Source of the DNA: Candidatus Eiseniibacteriota bacterium | Lineage (GTDB): Bacteria; Orphanbacterota; Orphanbacteria; Orphanbacterales; Orphanbacteraceae | Reading direction: 5' to 3' | Assembly: GCA_043809585.1 (NCBI GenBank) | Contig: JBDROZ010000115.1 | Span: forward strand, 1-55,621 | Length of the DNA stretch: 55,621 bases | Shown here: positions 45,607-55,287 of the stretch, piece after piece | How the letters are laid out: each line of letters opens with the position of its first letter | Position numbering within the stretch: position 1 is the stretch's first letter | Position numbers and translations under genes: made by a program | Notes under the pieces: model-generated | The model's database searches: none | The model's input: the letters and a program-made list of their open reading frames with translations, nothing else | What the model was told of the DNA's origin: nothing

Positions 45607-46924
45607 CTACGAGATGACTTCGGTCTTCTCCTCGCAGCGGATGCCGAGCCGCTCGAGCTCCACGAGCACGGGCTCGTAGATTTCGGGGAGCACCGGGATG
45701 TGAACGCCCTTCGCCTTGATCTTCCCCTCGAGCAGGAGCCGGGAGGCCACCGCCGCGGGGAGGCCCACGGTGCGGGACATCGCCGAGTCGCCCTTCGGGA
45801 TCCCGCAGTCGATCAAGGTCGAGGTGATCCTCTCCTTCTTCCCGCCCGGGAACTCCGCGAGGAACTCGTGGTGCAGGACGATCATGTCCCGCTCTCCCGG
45901 CGCGTACGACATCTTCTCGAGCATCCGGTGGGTCATCACGTCGATGACGCCCCCCTTCTTCAGAGGGATCGCCTCGTCCGCGAAGAGCCCGAGCCACTCG
46001 ATGTTCTTCATCGCCGTCGAATCGGGCGCGATCCCGACCTTCTTCGCCACCCGTTCCTTCCGCCCGCCGCCGCCGGGGGCGAGTTTGTCGATCATCCCGC
46101 CGTAGGTGAGGCCCTTCATGTCGATTTCATCCGACCCGAGCACGCCGAGGTCGACGAGCGCCTTCAGCGTCTCGCACCAACCAGGATTCCGGAGCGTCGC
46201 GCGAACCACCGTGTCCGCGTATTTCAGGTCGTAGATGTCGATGTAGCTGATCGAGTCCCGGTTCGGGTACGCCTCGAAGTCGCCCCCTTCCGGTACCGAG
46301 AGGGGCCAGCGATCGAGGAAGAGCCCCTCCGACGGGATGTCCTTCCGGGCCCCGTCCTTCCGGTAACAGGCGCTGTTCTTCCCGGCCATCAGCACGCCCT
46401 TCGGCGACCAGGAGAACTTGTACCCATACGGATTGTCGTTCGCCTCCGGCGCCGGCAGCCCGCCGCAGTACGACATGAAGCTCTTGATCTTACCCCCGCG
46501 ACCGCGGACGTCCGTGAAGACCCGCATCGCCGACATGTGGTCGATGCCCGGGTCGAGGCCGATCTCGTTCAGCACCATGAGACCCGCCGCCTTCGCCTTG
46601 CCGTCCAGAGCCTTCATGGCCGGGCTCACGTACGACGTGGAGACGAAGATCTTCTCGTACTTGATGCAGAGCTCCGCCACCTGCACGTGGAACGTGTACG
46701 GGACCAGGCTGATCACCAGATCCGAATCGGGGATCAGGCGCTCCAGGGCGCCCGGGTCGGCGAGGTCGAGCTTCTTCGCGACGCCGTGCCCTTTCCCCTT
46801 CACCAGGGGCTTCCGCTTTCGAGACGGTCCGGCTCGCGCAGATCACCTCGAACCCGTTGTCGAGCAAATAGTGCACGAGAGGTTTCGAAACCAAGCCCGC
46901 TCCCAACACCAGAACTTTCTTCAT
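45607..46924 (-). pseudogene. Saccharopine dehydrogenase (glutamate-forming, Lys9/AASS SDH-like) with a one-base frameshift
   Basis: The N-terminus MKKVLVLGAGLVSKP..SKAEA is in one frame and LVKGKG..NEIGLDPGIDHM..SYCGGLP..YKFSWSP..SAMSRTVGLP in another. There is one extra base in the G run at 46806-46809. Confidence 0.9.
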
Positions 46925-46964
46925 CACTCTCTTCCTCGATGCTTGCCGTGTCTCCGGTCGGTGG

Positions 46965-48275
46965 TCATTCCCGGCCGACGTGGTCGGTCAGGTAATGGTA
47001 CTCCTCGGTCAACTCGCCCCGATGCACGATCAGGGCGTTCCTGATCGGTCCCGGGATATCCAATTCGCGTGGGTCCGCCCCGAAATCGGCCTCGGCGATG
47101 GAGCGCACGAAGGGCGCGAGCGCCTCGCTGAACGCCTCGGACGCCTCCCGGGGCAGCTCGGCGGGGAGGATGTCGACGGCCATGATCACCGGCCCCTCCC
47201 CGACCACACCGTCCACGTGACGGTCCGCGGCCGGCTCGTAAACGTAATTCGGTGTCCCCGGCTCCGTCGCCAAGTAGGTGCACTCGATCGCCCCGTCCAG
47301 GTCGCACGCGATATCGCCGATCACCCGGAGCCGCGGCGCGCCGGAGGCCCACGCCTCCTTCAGCCACTTCTTCGTCACGAGCCGCGGGTAGCGATCGGTC
47401 CAGAAGATCGCGGAGACGAGCACCGACAGGTGGGGCAGGTACCGCTCGAAGATGCCCCGGTAGTTCTCGGGATGGTCGTAGTAGTCCTGGAGGGCGAACT
47501 CGGCCCCCTCCTTCAGGGGGACCACCATGTCCTTCTCGTAGAAGACGACCTTGACGAAGGGACCCGCGGCGGCCGGCGGCGCGGAGTAAGCCGCGGCGAG
47601 GCCCGCCGGCTTCACCTCCGAAGGGCGAAGCAGCTCGAAGATCTCCTGGGCCCCCCGGGAAACGTTTCCGTACCCGGCGAAACCGATCACGTAGGGGCGG
47701 AGTTCGCCGGGCCACTCCCCCGCGCGGATCCGCTCTCCCGCGGCGGCGATCGCCTTCTTCGCCTCCCCGAGGGAGTCGTACTCCCGGGGCTGCTTGATCC
47801 CGGCGAGGGGCGTGTCGAAGCCGTCCGCCTTCAGGCGGAGGCCGACGGCCCGGAGCGTTTCGATCATCCCGGAGAGGCCGGCGTGGTAGCCGAAGAGCAC
47901 GAGCCGCCGCCCCTTCTCGTCGACGATCCGCTCGTAGTCGATCAGATGACACCGGAGGTCCATCATTCTCCGGAGCATCGCCATGTTGTAGCTCTGCCCC
48001 TTGATGGTGTGGGAGAAGAAGACGTACCCCTGGCCCTCGAGGAACCGGTCCTCGGGAATCTCCTTTACGCCGAAGACCACCCCGCACGGAGAGAGGTTCT
48101 TCGTCAATGTCGCCCCCGCCTTCGCGTACTCCCCGTCCGGAAAGATCCGGATCTCCGAGGGCTCGACGAGGACCGGCACGCCCTCCTTCACCAGCCCGGC
48201 CACCACCTCGGGCGTGAGGGGCACGCGCCGCTCCCAGCGGTTCTTCGTCTCTCTTCGGATTCCGATCGGCTTCAT
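46965..48275 (-). CDS. Lysine-ketoglutarate reductase (AASS LKR-domain-like)
   Basis: IGIRRE....WERRVPLTP, FFSHTIKGQ.YN, IDYE, GYGNVSRGAQEI, IFW..RYPRL, DILPAELPREAS. Confidence 0.9.
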   Translation of the reverse strand: MKPIGIRRETKNRWERRVPLTPEVVAGLVKEGVPVLVEPSEIRIFPDGEYAKAGATLTKNLSPCGVVFGVKEIPEDRFLEGQGYVFFSHTIKGQSYNMAMLRRMMDLRCHLIDYERIVDEKGRRLVLFGYHAGLSGMIETLRAVGLRLKADGFDTPLAGIKQPREYDSLGEAKKAIAAAGERIRAGEWPGELRPYVIGFAGYGNVSRGAQEIFELLRPSEVKPAGLAAAYSAPPAAAGPFVKVVFYEKDMVVPLKEGAEFALQDYYDHPENYRGIFERYLPHLSVLVSAIFWTDRYPRLVTKKWLKEAWASGAPRLRVIGDIACDLDGAIECTYLATEPGTPNYVYEPAADRHVDGVVGEGPVIMAVDILPAELPREASEAFSEALAPFVRSIAEADFGADPRELDIPGPIRNALIVHRGELTEEYHYLTDHVGRE

Positions 48276-48354
48276 TCGTCTTTCTCCCGAACGGCGCGGC
48301 GGTTCTCGAGTCCGGCGCGGGCCGGTCGAATTCCCTCGTGTCGATGGTGACGGG

Positions 48355-48999
48355 CTAGGACGGGTCCGGGCCGACGTAGAATTGGGCGGCCGCCGCCTCC
48401 GGGTTCTTCTGAAGCACCCGGCGGAAGTGGGATTCCGCCTCCTCGATGTTCCCCCGCCGGGCGTGGAGCACGCCGAGGTGGAAATGGCCGACCATGAAGT
48501 TCGGATAGCGGTCGAGCAGTTCCCGGAACGCCTCGATCGCCTCGTCGTTCCGCCCCCGGTGATAGAGGGCGTTTCCCAGCCAGAAGTAGGCGAGCAGCAG
48601 GTCCGGGTCCCGGACGAGGGCCTCCTGGAACGCGGCGATGGAGTCGTCGAACTCGGCGCCGTGATAGGCGACCACGCCGAGATCGTGCCAGAACGCCCCG
48701 TTCCCCGGATCGGCGTCGCACGCCGCCTGAAGGTGCTCTTTCGCCCGCCGGAGATGGCCCATCCGGAAATGGAGGTTGCCCAGATGCTTCCGGATCGCCG
48801 GGAGCTGGTCCGCCGGGCCTCCCCGGTCGATCAGCTTCTCGTACTCGCCGATCGATTCGGTGAACCGCCCATCCATCTCCAGCCGGTGTGCGTACGCGAG
48901 CTGGTAGGCCGGGTCGTTGCGCTGGAGGATGGCGCCGCAGTTCTCGCAGAAGCGGGCCGGGTCTCTCACCTGATGGCTGCAGTGCGGGCATCGGTTCAT
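48355..48999 (-). CDS. Double zinc-ribbon plus tetratricopeptide repeat protein
   Basis: CPHC..FCENCG followed by about five TPR-like units. Confidence 0.85.
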   Translation of the reverse strand: MNRCPHCSHQVRDPARFCENCGAILQRNDPAYQLAYAHRLEMDGRFTESIGEYEKLIDRGGPADQLPAIRKHLGNLHFRMGHLRRAKEHLQAACDADPGNGAFWHDLGVVAYHGAEFDDSIAAFQEALVRDPDLLLAYFWLGNALYHRGRNDEAIEAFRELLDRYPNFMVGHFHLGVLHARRGNIEEAESHFRRVLQKNPEAAAAQFYVGPDPS

Positions 49000-49018
49000 A
49001 TCATGGCTCCTTGGGTCT

Positions 49019-50365
49019 CTACTCGACCACTTCCGAGAGGCCGAGGTTCCACGAGAGCTGTTCCAGGGACTTCCCGCTCTGCTCCACGGGCAGCCGGGCC
49101 GGATCGTCCGCCGGAACCGCCGGGGTCTTCCCGGCCGATTCCCGGATCATCTTCTCGATCGCCCGGGCGATGCGTTCCACGCCGGCCCGGAGCTGCTCCA
49201 CGGAGGGATAGCTGAAGTTCAGGCGGAGGGTGTTCTTCCCCCCCCCGTCGCAGTAGAAGGCGCTTCCGACGACGAAGGCGACGTTCTCGGCGAGGGCCAA
49301 CTCGAGGAGGTCCCGCGCCCCCAGGCCTTCGGGCAGGGTCATCCAACTGAAGAGCCCCCCCTCGGGCCGCGTGTACCGGACGCCCCAGGCGGGGTCGATG
49401 TGCCCGTCCAGGGCGGCGAGAAACGCCTCCCGCTTCTCCTTGTAGTGCTCCTTGGTCCGCTCGATCTGGGAGGGGAGGCGCCCGGTCTTCAGATACTCCC
49501 GCGCCAGGAGCTGGCTGAGGGCGCTCGTGCAAAGGTCGACCGGCTGTTTCGCCACCACGAAGCGGCTGACGATCTCCGGGTCCGCCACGAGCCATCCGAG
49601 CCGGAGCCCCGGGAAGAGGATCTTGCTGAACGTGAAGAGCGAGAAGACCCGGCCGTCCCGGTCGAGGCTCTTCATGCTCGGAACATGCTTCCCCACGTAG
49701 CGGAGCTGGCGGTACGGACTGTCTTCGAGCACGAGCAGGTCGAACTCGGCGGCGATGGAGAGGATTTCTCTGCGCCTCGGTTCGGTCAACGTCACCCCCG
49801 CCGGATTCTGGAAGTCGGGAACGAGATAGATCATCTTCGGACGCACGCCCTGGCGGCGGAGCGTCACGAGCCGCTCCTCCAATTTGTCCGGCGGCATGCC
49901 GTCGTCGTCGAGGGGGATGCCGGTCATCTTGGCCCCCGCCGCCGTGAACGCCCCGAGGGCGCCGAGATAACTCGGCAGCCCGACGACCACCGTATCCCCC
50001 GGCGCGAGGAAGACCCGGGCCGCGAGATCGAGCCCCTGCTGGCTGGCGCTGGTGACGAGGATCTGATCGAGCTGGAGCCCGGGCAGGTCGTCCAGCGCCA
50101 TCAGCTTGATCAGCTCCTCCCGGAGCCCGATGTCCCCTTCCGTCGGCCCGTACTGGAACGCGTCCGCGCCGAACCGGCGGAGCACGTCCCCCATCATGTC
50201 GGCGATCTCCTCGATCGGGAAAGTGCTCGGCGCGGGCAGCCCTCCGGCGAGACTGATCACCTCGGGTTTGGCGATCAGCTTCAAGAGTTCGCGGATCTCC
50301 GACCGCTTCCCTCTTCGGGCGGCGTCGGAGAGGAATCTCTGCAGATAAGTGGCGTTCATTCGCAT
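49019..50365 (-). CDS. PLP aminotransferase, 2-aminoadipate transaminase (LysN/Aro8-like)
   Basis: SEIRELLK, ISLAGGLP, QYG.TEG, FQNPAG, EDSPY, TFSKILFPGLRLGW, PEGGLF, LRLNFS. Confidence 0.9.
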   Translation of the reverse strand: MRMNATYLQRFLSDAARRGKRSEIRELLKLIAKPEVISLAGGLPAPSTFPIEEIADMMGDVLRRFGADAFQYGPTEGDIGLREELIKLMALDDLPGLQLDQILVTSASQQGLDLAARVFLAPGDTVVVGLPSYLGALGAFTAAGAKMTGIPLDDDGMPPDKLEERLVTLRRQGVRPKMIYLVPDFQNPAGVTLTEPRRREILSIAAEFDLLVLEDSPYRQLRYVGKHVPSMKSLDRDGRVFSLFTFSKILFPGLRLGWLVADPEIVSRFVVAKQPVDLCTSALSQLLAREYLKTGRLPSQIERTKEHYKEKREAFLAALDGHIDPAWGVRYTRPEGGLFSWMTLPEGLGARDLLELALAENVAFVVGSAFYCDGGGKNTLRLNFSYPSVEQLRAGVERIARAIEKMIRESAGKTPAVPADDPARLPVEQSGKSLEQLSWNLGLSEVVE

Positions 50366-50370
50366 GGCGT

Positions 50371-51027
50371 TCACTCCCGCGTTCGGGCGGCCAGCCAATC
50401 GCACCAAGCGTCCATGCCCTCTCCGTTCCGGGCGGAGACCTCGAAGACGACGAGGCCGGGGTTGAGCGAGCGGGCCCGCTCCTTGAACGCCTCGGCGTCG
50501 AAACCGACATAGGCCGCGACGTCGACTTTGGTGATGACCAGCACCTCGGCTCCCGTGAAGATGCCCGGGTACTTGTACGATTTATCGTCGCCTTCCGGGG
50601 TGCTGAGGGCGAGGACCCGGATCTCCTCGCCGAGATCGTAGCCGGCCGTGCAGATCAGGTTGCCCACGTTTTCGATGAACACGAGCGCCCCCTTTTCCGG
50701 GGAGAGCTCGGCCATCGCCTGCCGGACCATGCCGGCGTCCAGGTGGCAGCCGCCGCCCGTGTTGATCTGGATCGCGGGAAGGCCCTTCGCGGCGAGAAGC
50801 TCGGCATCGACGCTCCCCGCCACGTCCCCCTCCACGACCGCGATCTTCCGCTCCTTGAAGCGGTCCGCGGTGGCGGCGATGAGCGTGGTCTTTCCGCAGC
50901 CGGGCGACCCGAGGAGGTTGATCACGGCGAGGTTGCGGCGGCGGAAATCCTCGCGGTTGTCGCCGGCGATCACGTCGTTGACCTTGTGGATCCGCTCCAT
51001 GACGCGGACCGTCGTTCTCTTCTCCAT
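50371..51027 (-). CDS. hypB: Hydrogenase nickel incorporation GTPase
   Basis: GSPGCGKTT, EGD, INTGGGCHLDA, ENVGNLIC, EGDDK..KYP. Confidence 0.95.
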   Translation of the reverse strand: MEKRTTVRVMERIHKVNDVIAGDNREDFRRRNLAVINLLGSPGCGKTTLIAATADRFKERKIAVVEGDVAGSVDAELLAAKGLPAIQINTGGGCHLDAGMVRQAMAELSPEKGALVFIENVGNLICTAGYDLGEEIRVLALSTPEGDDKSYKYPGIFTGAEVLVITKVDVAAYVGFDAEAFKERARSLNPGLVVFEVSARNGEGMDAWCDWLAARTRE

Positions 51028-51422
51028 CAGCGATCCTCTCCGAGGCCCTTCATTGTACCAGAATCGGGCCCCGGATCGTCTTCCACCACGTCGACGGCGA
51101 TCACGTGAGTTTCATGCTCGCCCCCCCAATCCACGGCACCCCCGCCGCAGCCGGGGCAGGGGGTTTCGAGGGAGTCCGTCTCGAAACCCTCCCCGCACTC
51201 CCGGCAGGCGCCGGTGAGCCGCTTCCTCTCGATCCGGAGCTCCACGCCCCCGGCCGCCGTTTCCGGCTTGAGGGCGTCGAAGGCGAATCGGAGGGCGTCG
51301 TCGTCGATGTGGGCGAGGGCTCCGACCGAGACGTGGACCGCCCGGACCTCCGCCCCCGGGTAATCGGCGGCGGTCCGCTCCACGATGTCCAGGATCGACC
51401 GCGCCACGCCCGCCTCGTGCAT
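51027..51422 (-). CDS. hypA: Hydrogenase nickel metallochaperone
   Basis: N-terminal MHE and two CxxC motifs (CREC, CPGC). Confidence 0.95.
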   Translation of the reverse strand: MHEAGVARSILDIVERTAADYPGAEVRAVHVSVGALAHIDDDALRFAFDALKPETAAGGVELRIERKRLTGACRECGEGFETDSLETPCPGCGGGAVDWGGEHETHVIAVDVVEDDPGPDSGTMKGLGEDR

Positions 51423-51458
51423 CTTTCTCCCCGCGAACTCGGGATCCGTCTCGGTCCC

Positions 51459-51956
51459 TCACATCGCCGCGTCGGCGCGGCCGATCCGGTTCGAAAAGCC
51501 ATTGATTCTCCGGGCCGCGGCCTCGACCATGCCCGGAAGGGCCGCCTGGACTTCGGGGGAGAGGCCTTCGCCCGGACCGATCTCGCTCACCCCCATGAGA
51601 ACGAATTCCACGGGGGGAAGGTCGATGTCGAGCGCCCGGGCAAGCTCGAACGTCGTGCCGAGATCGAGATTGTGAAGGGACACCCTGGGCCGGAGGAGAA
51701 AACGGGCCTCTTCCAGGTCCACCACCTGCACGTCGCCGACCGCTCCTTTCCTCGCGAGGGCGGCGTCCAGGACGATCGCCCGGTCGTATCCCTCCAGCAT
51801 GGCGAGGAGGTTCACCCCTCTCACTCCTCCGTCGACAAGATCGACACCGGGGCGTTCGTACCCTCGGCGCTTCAACTCCTCGATCGCGGCGAGGCCGACC
51901 CCGTCGTCGCTTCGCATCGGGCTTCCGAAGCCTATCACGAGAAGGCGCTCAGACAA
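51459..51956 (-). CDS. Hydrogenase maturation protease (HybD/HyaD family)
   Basis: VIGFGSPMRSDDGVG, LDAA, SLHNL, GLSPEV; TTG start with GGAGGTG SD. Confidence 0.92.
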   Translation of the reverse strand: MSERLLVIGFGSPMRSDDGVGLAAIEELKRRGYERPGVDLVDGGVRGVNLLAMLEGYDRAIVLDAALARKGAVGDVQVVDLEEARFLLRPRVSLHNLDLGTTFELARALDIDLPPVEFVLMGVSEIGPGEGLSPEVQAALPGMVEAAARRINGFSNRIGRADAAM

Positions 51957-52041
51957 ACTCCACCTCCGGGAAGGGGGCGGCGCGCTCGAAGCCCACCATG
52001 AGTGACGGGAGAGACGCCCGTTCCAGCACCCAATCCCGCAT
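51949..52041 (-). CDS. Candidate 30-aa small ORF coupled to the protease gene
   Basis: AGGAGG SD before ATG; MRDWVLERASLPSLMVGFERAAPFPEVEFV; stop overlaps the protease start region. Confidence 0.35.
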   Translation of the reverse strand: MRDWVLERASLPSLMVGFERAAPFPEVEFV

Positions 52042-52617
52042 TTCGGAACCCTCCTGTCGTCCGGCCCGCTTCCGGACGGGATGCCCCATCCTTCGATGCC
52101 GATGCCCGGCGCGTCGGGCGGCGCCTGAACCCCCCGAGGCGATGCGGGAATACCCCGAATACCCGCCCCCTCTGAAGCGGTCCGCCGGACTCCCTTGGTG
52201 CGATTTCTCGAGGGTATCGGGGGCCGGGACCCGGGGGCGGCGGGGCCGGCGGCGGGTCGCGCCGTTCCGGACGCCCCGGGCAGGAGGCGTGTGAGAGATC
52301 CGGGCCACACTCGGCCCTGCCCTGCGGGTCGAGGAGGTTGCATCCGCTGTGCCAAACGTCCGCCCCGTAGAAGAGGTCTTCGCAACCTGCGGCCCTCCAA
52401 CGAGAACGGACCAGGCCCCTTCCCTCTCCCCCCTCCCCTCGTATCGAGACCCGGTCAGAATATCCGGGCCCCCGCCGGAGAGAGTGCCAATCTGGCGAGA
52501 GGAAAACCGGCGGCCGTCCTCCCCCCCGTGCCGGGGGGACGCGGACTCCTCGTTTCTGGTACCATCCCCGGGGTAGTTTCGTCGCGTGAAGGTCTCTTTT
52601 CCTCGAGGCAGCCGGTC

Positions 52618-53895
52618 ATGTGCAAAGTCGCCGCGCTCATCCTCGCCGGCGGGCGGGTCGACGAACTGTCGGTGCTCACACTGGAGCGGCCGAAATCGGC
52701 CCTCCCCTTCGGGGGGACCTACCGGTTCATCGATTTCGCCCTCAGCAACCTGATGCGCTCCGGCATTGAGCGGGTCGGCATTCTCTCCCAATACCGCTCT
52801 TACTCGCTCATCCGGCACATCGGAATCGGCAGTTCGTGGGACCTGGTCGGCCGGGACCGGGGGACGGACATGCTCCCCCCCCAGAAGGGGGCGCAGGCGA
52901 CGGACTGGTACCGGGGGACGGCGGACGCGGTCTATCAGAACCTCGAGTTTCTCGAGCATCACCGGCCGGACCTGGTGCTCGTGCTCTCGGGCGACCATGT
53001 CTACTCCATGGACTACCGCCCCCTCGTCCGATACCACACCGAGAAGAAGGCGGACATGACCGCCGTTTTCGTCGAAGTCGGCGCGGACCAGGCCCACCGG
53101 TTCGGGATCGGGCGGATCGACGGCGAGGACGGGGACGTGGGCGGGCGGCTCGTCGAGTACGTGGAGAAACCCCCCGCTTCCGGGCCCGGCTGGGCGTCGA
53201 TGACGGTTTACCTCTTCCGCCCGGACCTGCTCCTCCGCCTGGTCACCGAGAACGCCCGGTCCGGCCGGTCCTGGGAGTTCGGCCGGGACATCATTCCCGG
53301 GATGCTCGGCCGGTACCGGGCGTACGGCTACCGTTACCGGGGCTACTGGGGGTACAGCCGGACCGTGGACGAGTACTGGCGGTGCAACATGGACATCCTC
53401 GGCGGCGAGCCGGCGGTCGATCTCGACGGTTGGGAGGTCCGGACCAATCTCGACGACTGGGGCCTGCGCGACCGCCCCCCGTCGATCGTTCGGGCCGGCT
53501 CCCGCGTGTCGGACGCGCGGATCGCCGTCGGGTCGGTCGTGTGCGGCGAGGTGACCCGCAGCATCCTCTTCCCGGGATGCCGCGTCGCCGAAGGGGCGGT
53601 GGTGCGCGATTCGATCCTCTTTCCCGACGTGCGGGTCGGACCGGGGGCGGTGCTCGACCGCGTGATCGCCGACGAGAGGACCGTCATCGAAGGGAACGCC
53701 CGGATCGGAGAGGGGAACGACATGACGCCGAACCGCGTTCATCCCCACCTTCTCCGCACGGGTATCTCCCTGATCGGGCGGCGGGCCCACGTGCCCGCGG
53801 GCGTCCGGATCGGGCGGAATTGCGTGATCGCGCCCCGGTTTTCGCCGGAGAATTTCCACCGGAGCGTCTACGGGTCGGGGGAGTCGATCACATGA
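52618..53895 (+). CDS. ADP-glucose pyrophosphorylase-family subunit, GlgD-like
   Basis: GlgC fold (PFGG.YR.IDF.LSN, WYRGTADAV, LSGDH) but a degenerate Gly loop LAGGRVDEL. Confidence 0.85.
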   Translation: MCKVAALILAGGRVDELSVLTLERPKSALPFGGTYRFIDFALSNLMRSGIERVGILSQYRSYSLIRHIGIGSSWDLVGRDRGTDMLPPQKGAQATDWYRGTADAVYQNLEFLEHHRPDLVLVLSGDHVYSMDYRPLVRYHTEKKADMTAVFVEVGADQAHRFGIGRIDGEDGDVGGRLVEYVEKPPASGPGWASMTVYLFRPDLLLRLVTENARSGRSWEFGRDIIPGMLGRYRAYGYRYRGYWGYSRTVDEYWRCNMDILGGEPAVDLDGWEVRTNLDDWGLRDRPPSIVRAGSRVSDARIAVGSVVCGEVTRSILFPGCRVAEGAVVRDSILFPDVRVGPGAVLDRVIADERTVIEGNARIGEGNDMTPNRVHPHLLRTGISLIGRRAHVPAGVRIGRNCVIAPRFSPENFHRSVYGSGESIT

Positions 53896-55163
53896 CGGAC
53901 ACGGTGGTCATGCTTCTGGCCGGCGGCGGAGGGACCCGGCTCAACATCCTCGCCCAACTCCGGGCGAAGCCGGCCGTCCCCTTCGGCGGGATGTACCGGA
54001 TCATCGACTTCACGCTCAGCAACATTATGAACTCGGGGATTTCGAGCGTCGCCGTGCTCACCCAGTACAAACCCCTCTCCCTCATGTGGCACATCGGGAC
54101 CGGCGAGCCGTGGGACATGATCGGGCGGGCTCGGGGGGCGAAGATCATGCCCCCCCGGACGGGGGAGAAGGACTCGGACTGGTACCGGGGGACGGCCGAC
54201 GCGGTGCGGCAGAATATCGACTACATCGAGCGCCACGACTCGAAGCAGGTCTTGATCCTTTCGGGCGATCACATCTACCAGATGGACTACGCCCCCATGA
54301 TCCGCTTTCACGAGGAGAAGGGGGCGGACCTGACCATCGCCACCATGGTGGTGCCGCTCGAGGAGACGCGCCACTTCGGGATCGCCGTGACCGACGAGAA
54401 CCGGAGGATCGTCGACTGGCAGGAGAAGCCGGAAGAGGATCCCCGGTCGAACCTCGCGTCCATGGGGATCTACATTTTCGGCGCGGAGTATCTCCGGCGG
54501 GCGCTCGGCGACGGGGAGGGGAGCGATTTCGGCCACCACATCATCCCCCGGGCCATGGCGGGCGACCGGGTCTTCGCGTACCCCTTCGACGGCTACTGGA
54601 GGGACGTCGGCACCCTGCAGGCGTATTGGGAAGCGAGCCTCGACCTTCTGCACCCCGGGTCGGGCCTCGATCTTTCGGCGGGGCGGATCCGCACGAACTT
54701 GGAGGAAGCGGGGCGTCTCGGCGACCGGCCGCCGGCCCGGATCGCCCCCTCGGGAAACGTGGCGGACTCGATCGTGAGCCCGGGCTGCGTGATCGAGGGG
54801 GAGGTCGTCCGGTCGATCCTCTCGCCCGGCGTCCGGGTGGCGGCGGGGGCGCGGGTGACCGAGTCGGTGCTCATGCACGACACGACGGTCGGCGCGGGGG
54901 CAGTCGTGGACCGGGCGATCGTCGACAAGGCCTCCCGGATCGGGGCAAAGGCGCGCCTCGGCGACGGAGAAGGAGCGCCGCCGAACCGGGAGTTCCCGGA
55001 GCACCTGCACACGGGGCTCACGGTCGTCGGCAAGAAGGCCGCCGTGCCCGCCGGCGCGGTCGTCGGGAGGAACACCATCCTCTTCCCCCGCCTCCGGGAG
55101 GAGGACTGGCCGACGGAGACTCTCGAGCCGGGCGGCACGCTGCGGCCGACAAACCGGCCCTGA
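53892..55163 (+). CDS. glgC: Glucose-1-phosphate adenylyltransferase
   Basis: LAGGGGTRL, RAKPAVPFGG, WYRGTADAV, EKP, ASMGIYIF, DFG..IIP, YWRDVGT. Confidence 0.93.
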   Translation: MTDTVVMLLAGGGGTRLNILAQLRAKPAVPFGGMYRIIDFTLSNIMNSGISSVAVLTQYKPLSLMWHIGTGEPWDMIGRARGAKIMPPRTGEKDSDWYRGTADAVRQNIDYIERHDSKQVLILSGDHIYQMDYAPMIRFHEEKGADLTIATMVVPLEETRHFGIAVTDENRRIVDWQEKPEEDPRSNLASMGIYIFGAEYLRRALGDGEGSDFGHHIIPRAMAGDRVFAYPFDGYWRDVGTLQAYWEASLDLLHPGSGLDLSAGRIRTNLEEAGRLGDRPPARIAPSGNVADSIVSPGCVIEGEVVRSILSPGVRVAAGARVTESVLMHDTTVGAGAVVDRAIVDKASRIGAKARLGDGEGAPPNREFPEHLHTGLTVVGKKAAVPAGAVVGRNTILFPRLREEDWPTETLEPGGTLRPTNRP

Positions 55164-55220
55164 TCCCCCGGCTCCCGACCACCGAGTTCAGGGCCGCGGT
55201 TTCTGCAATATCGAGGCTAA
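55157..55220. repeat. Copy of the right end of the 6850-7071 element
   Basis: GCCCTGATCCCC.GGCTCCCG.CCACCGA.TTCAGGGCCGC.G.TTCTGCAA.ATCGAG.CTA is shared with 7008-7070 and overlaps the glgC stop. Confidence 0.8.
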
Positions 55221-55287
55221 TTGGACAAGACTGGGGGAGGCCGGCGGCGCCGTGCCACCGGCCGCTTCATCGCCGATCATCGAAAGC

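Noticed and set aside
51960-52617. Lysine riboswitch upstream of the lysine-related unit
   Set aside because: The L-box conserved elements could not be recognised by eye. A cmscan against Rfam would be decisive.
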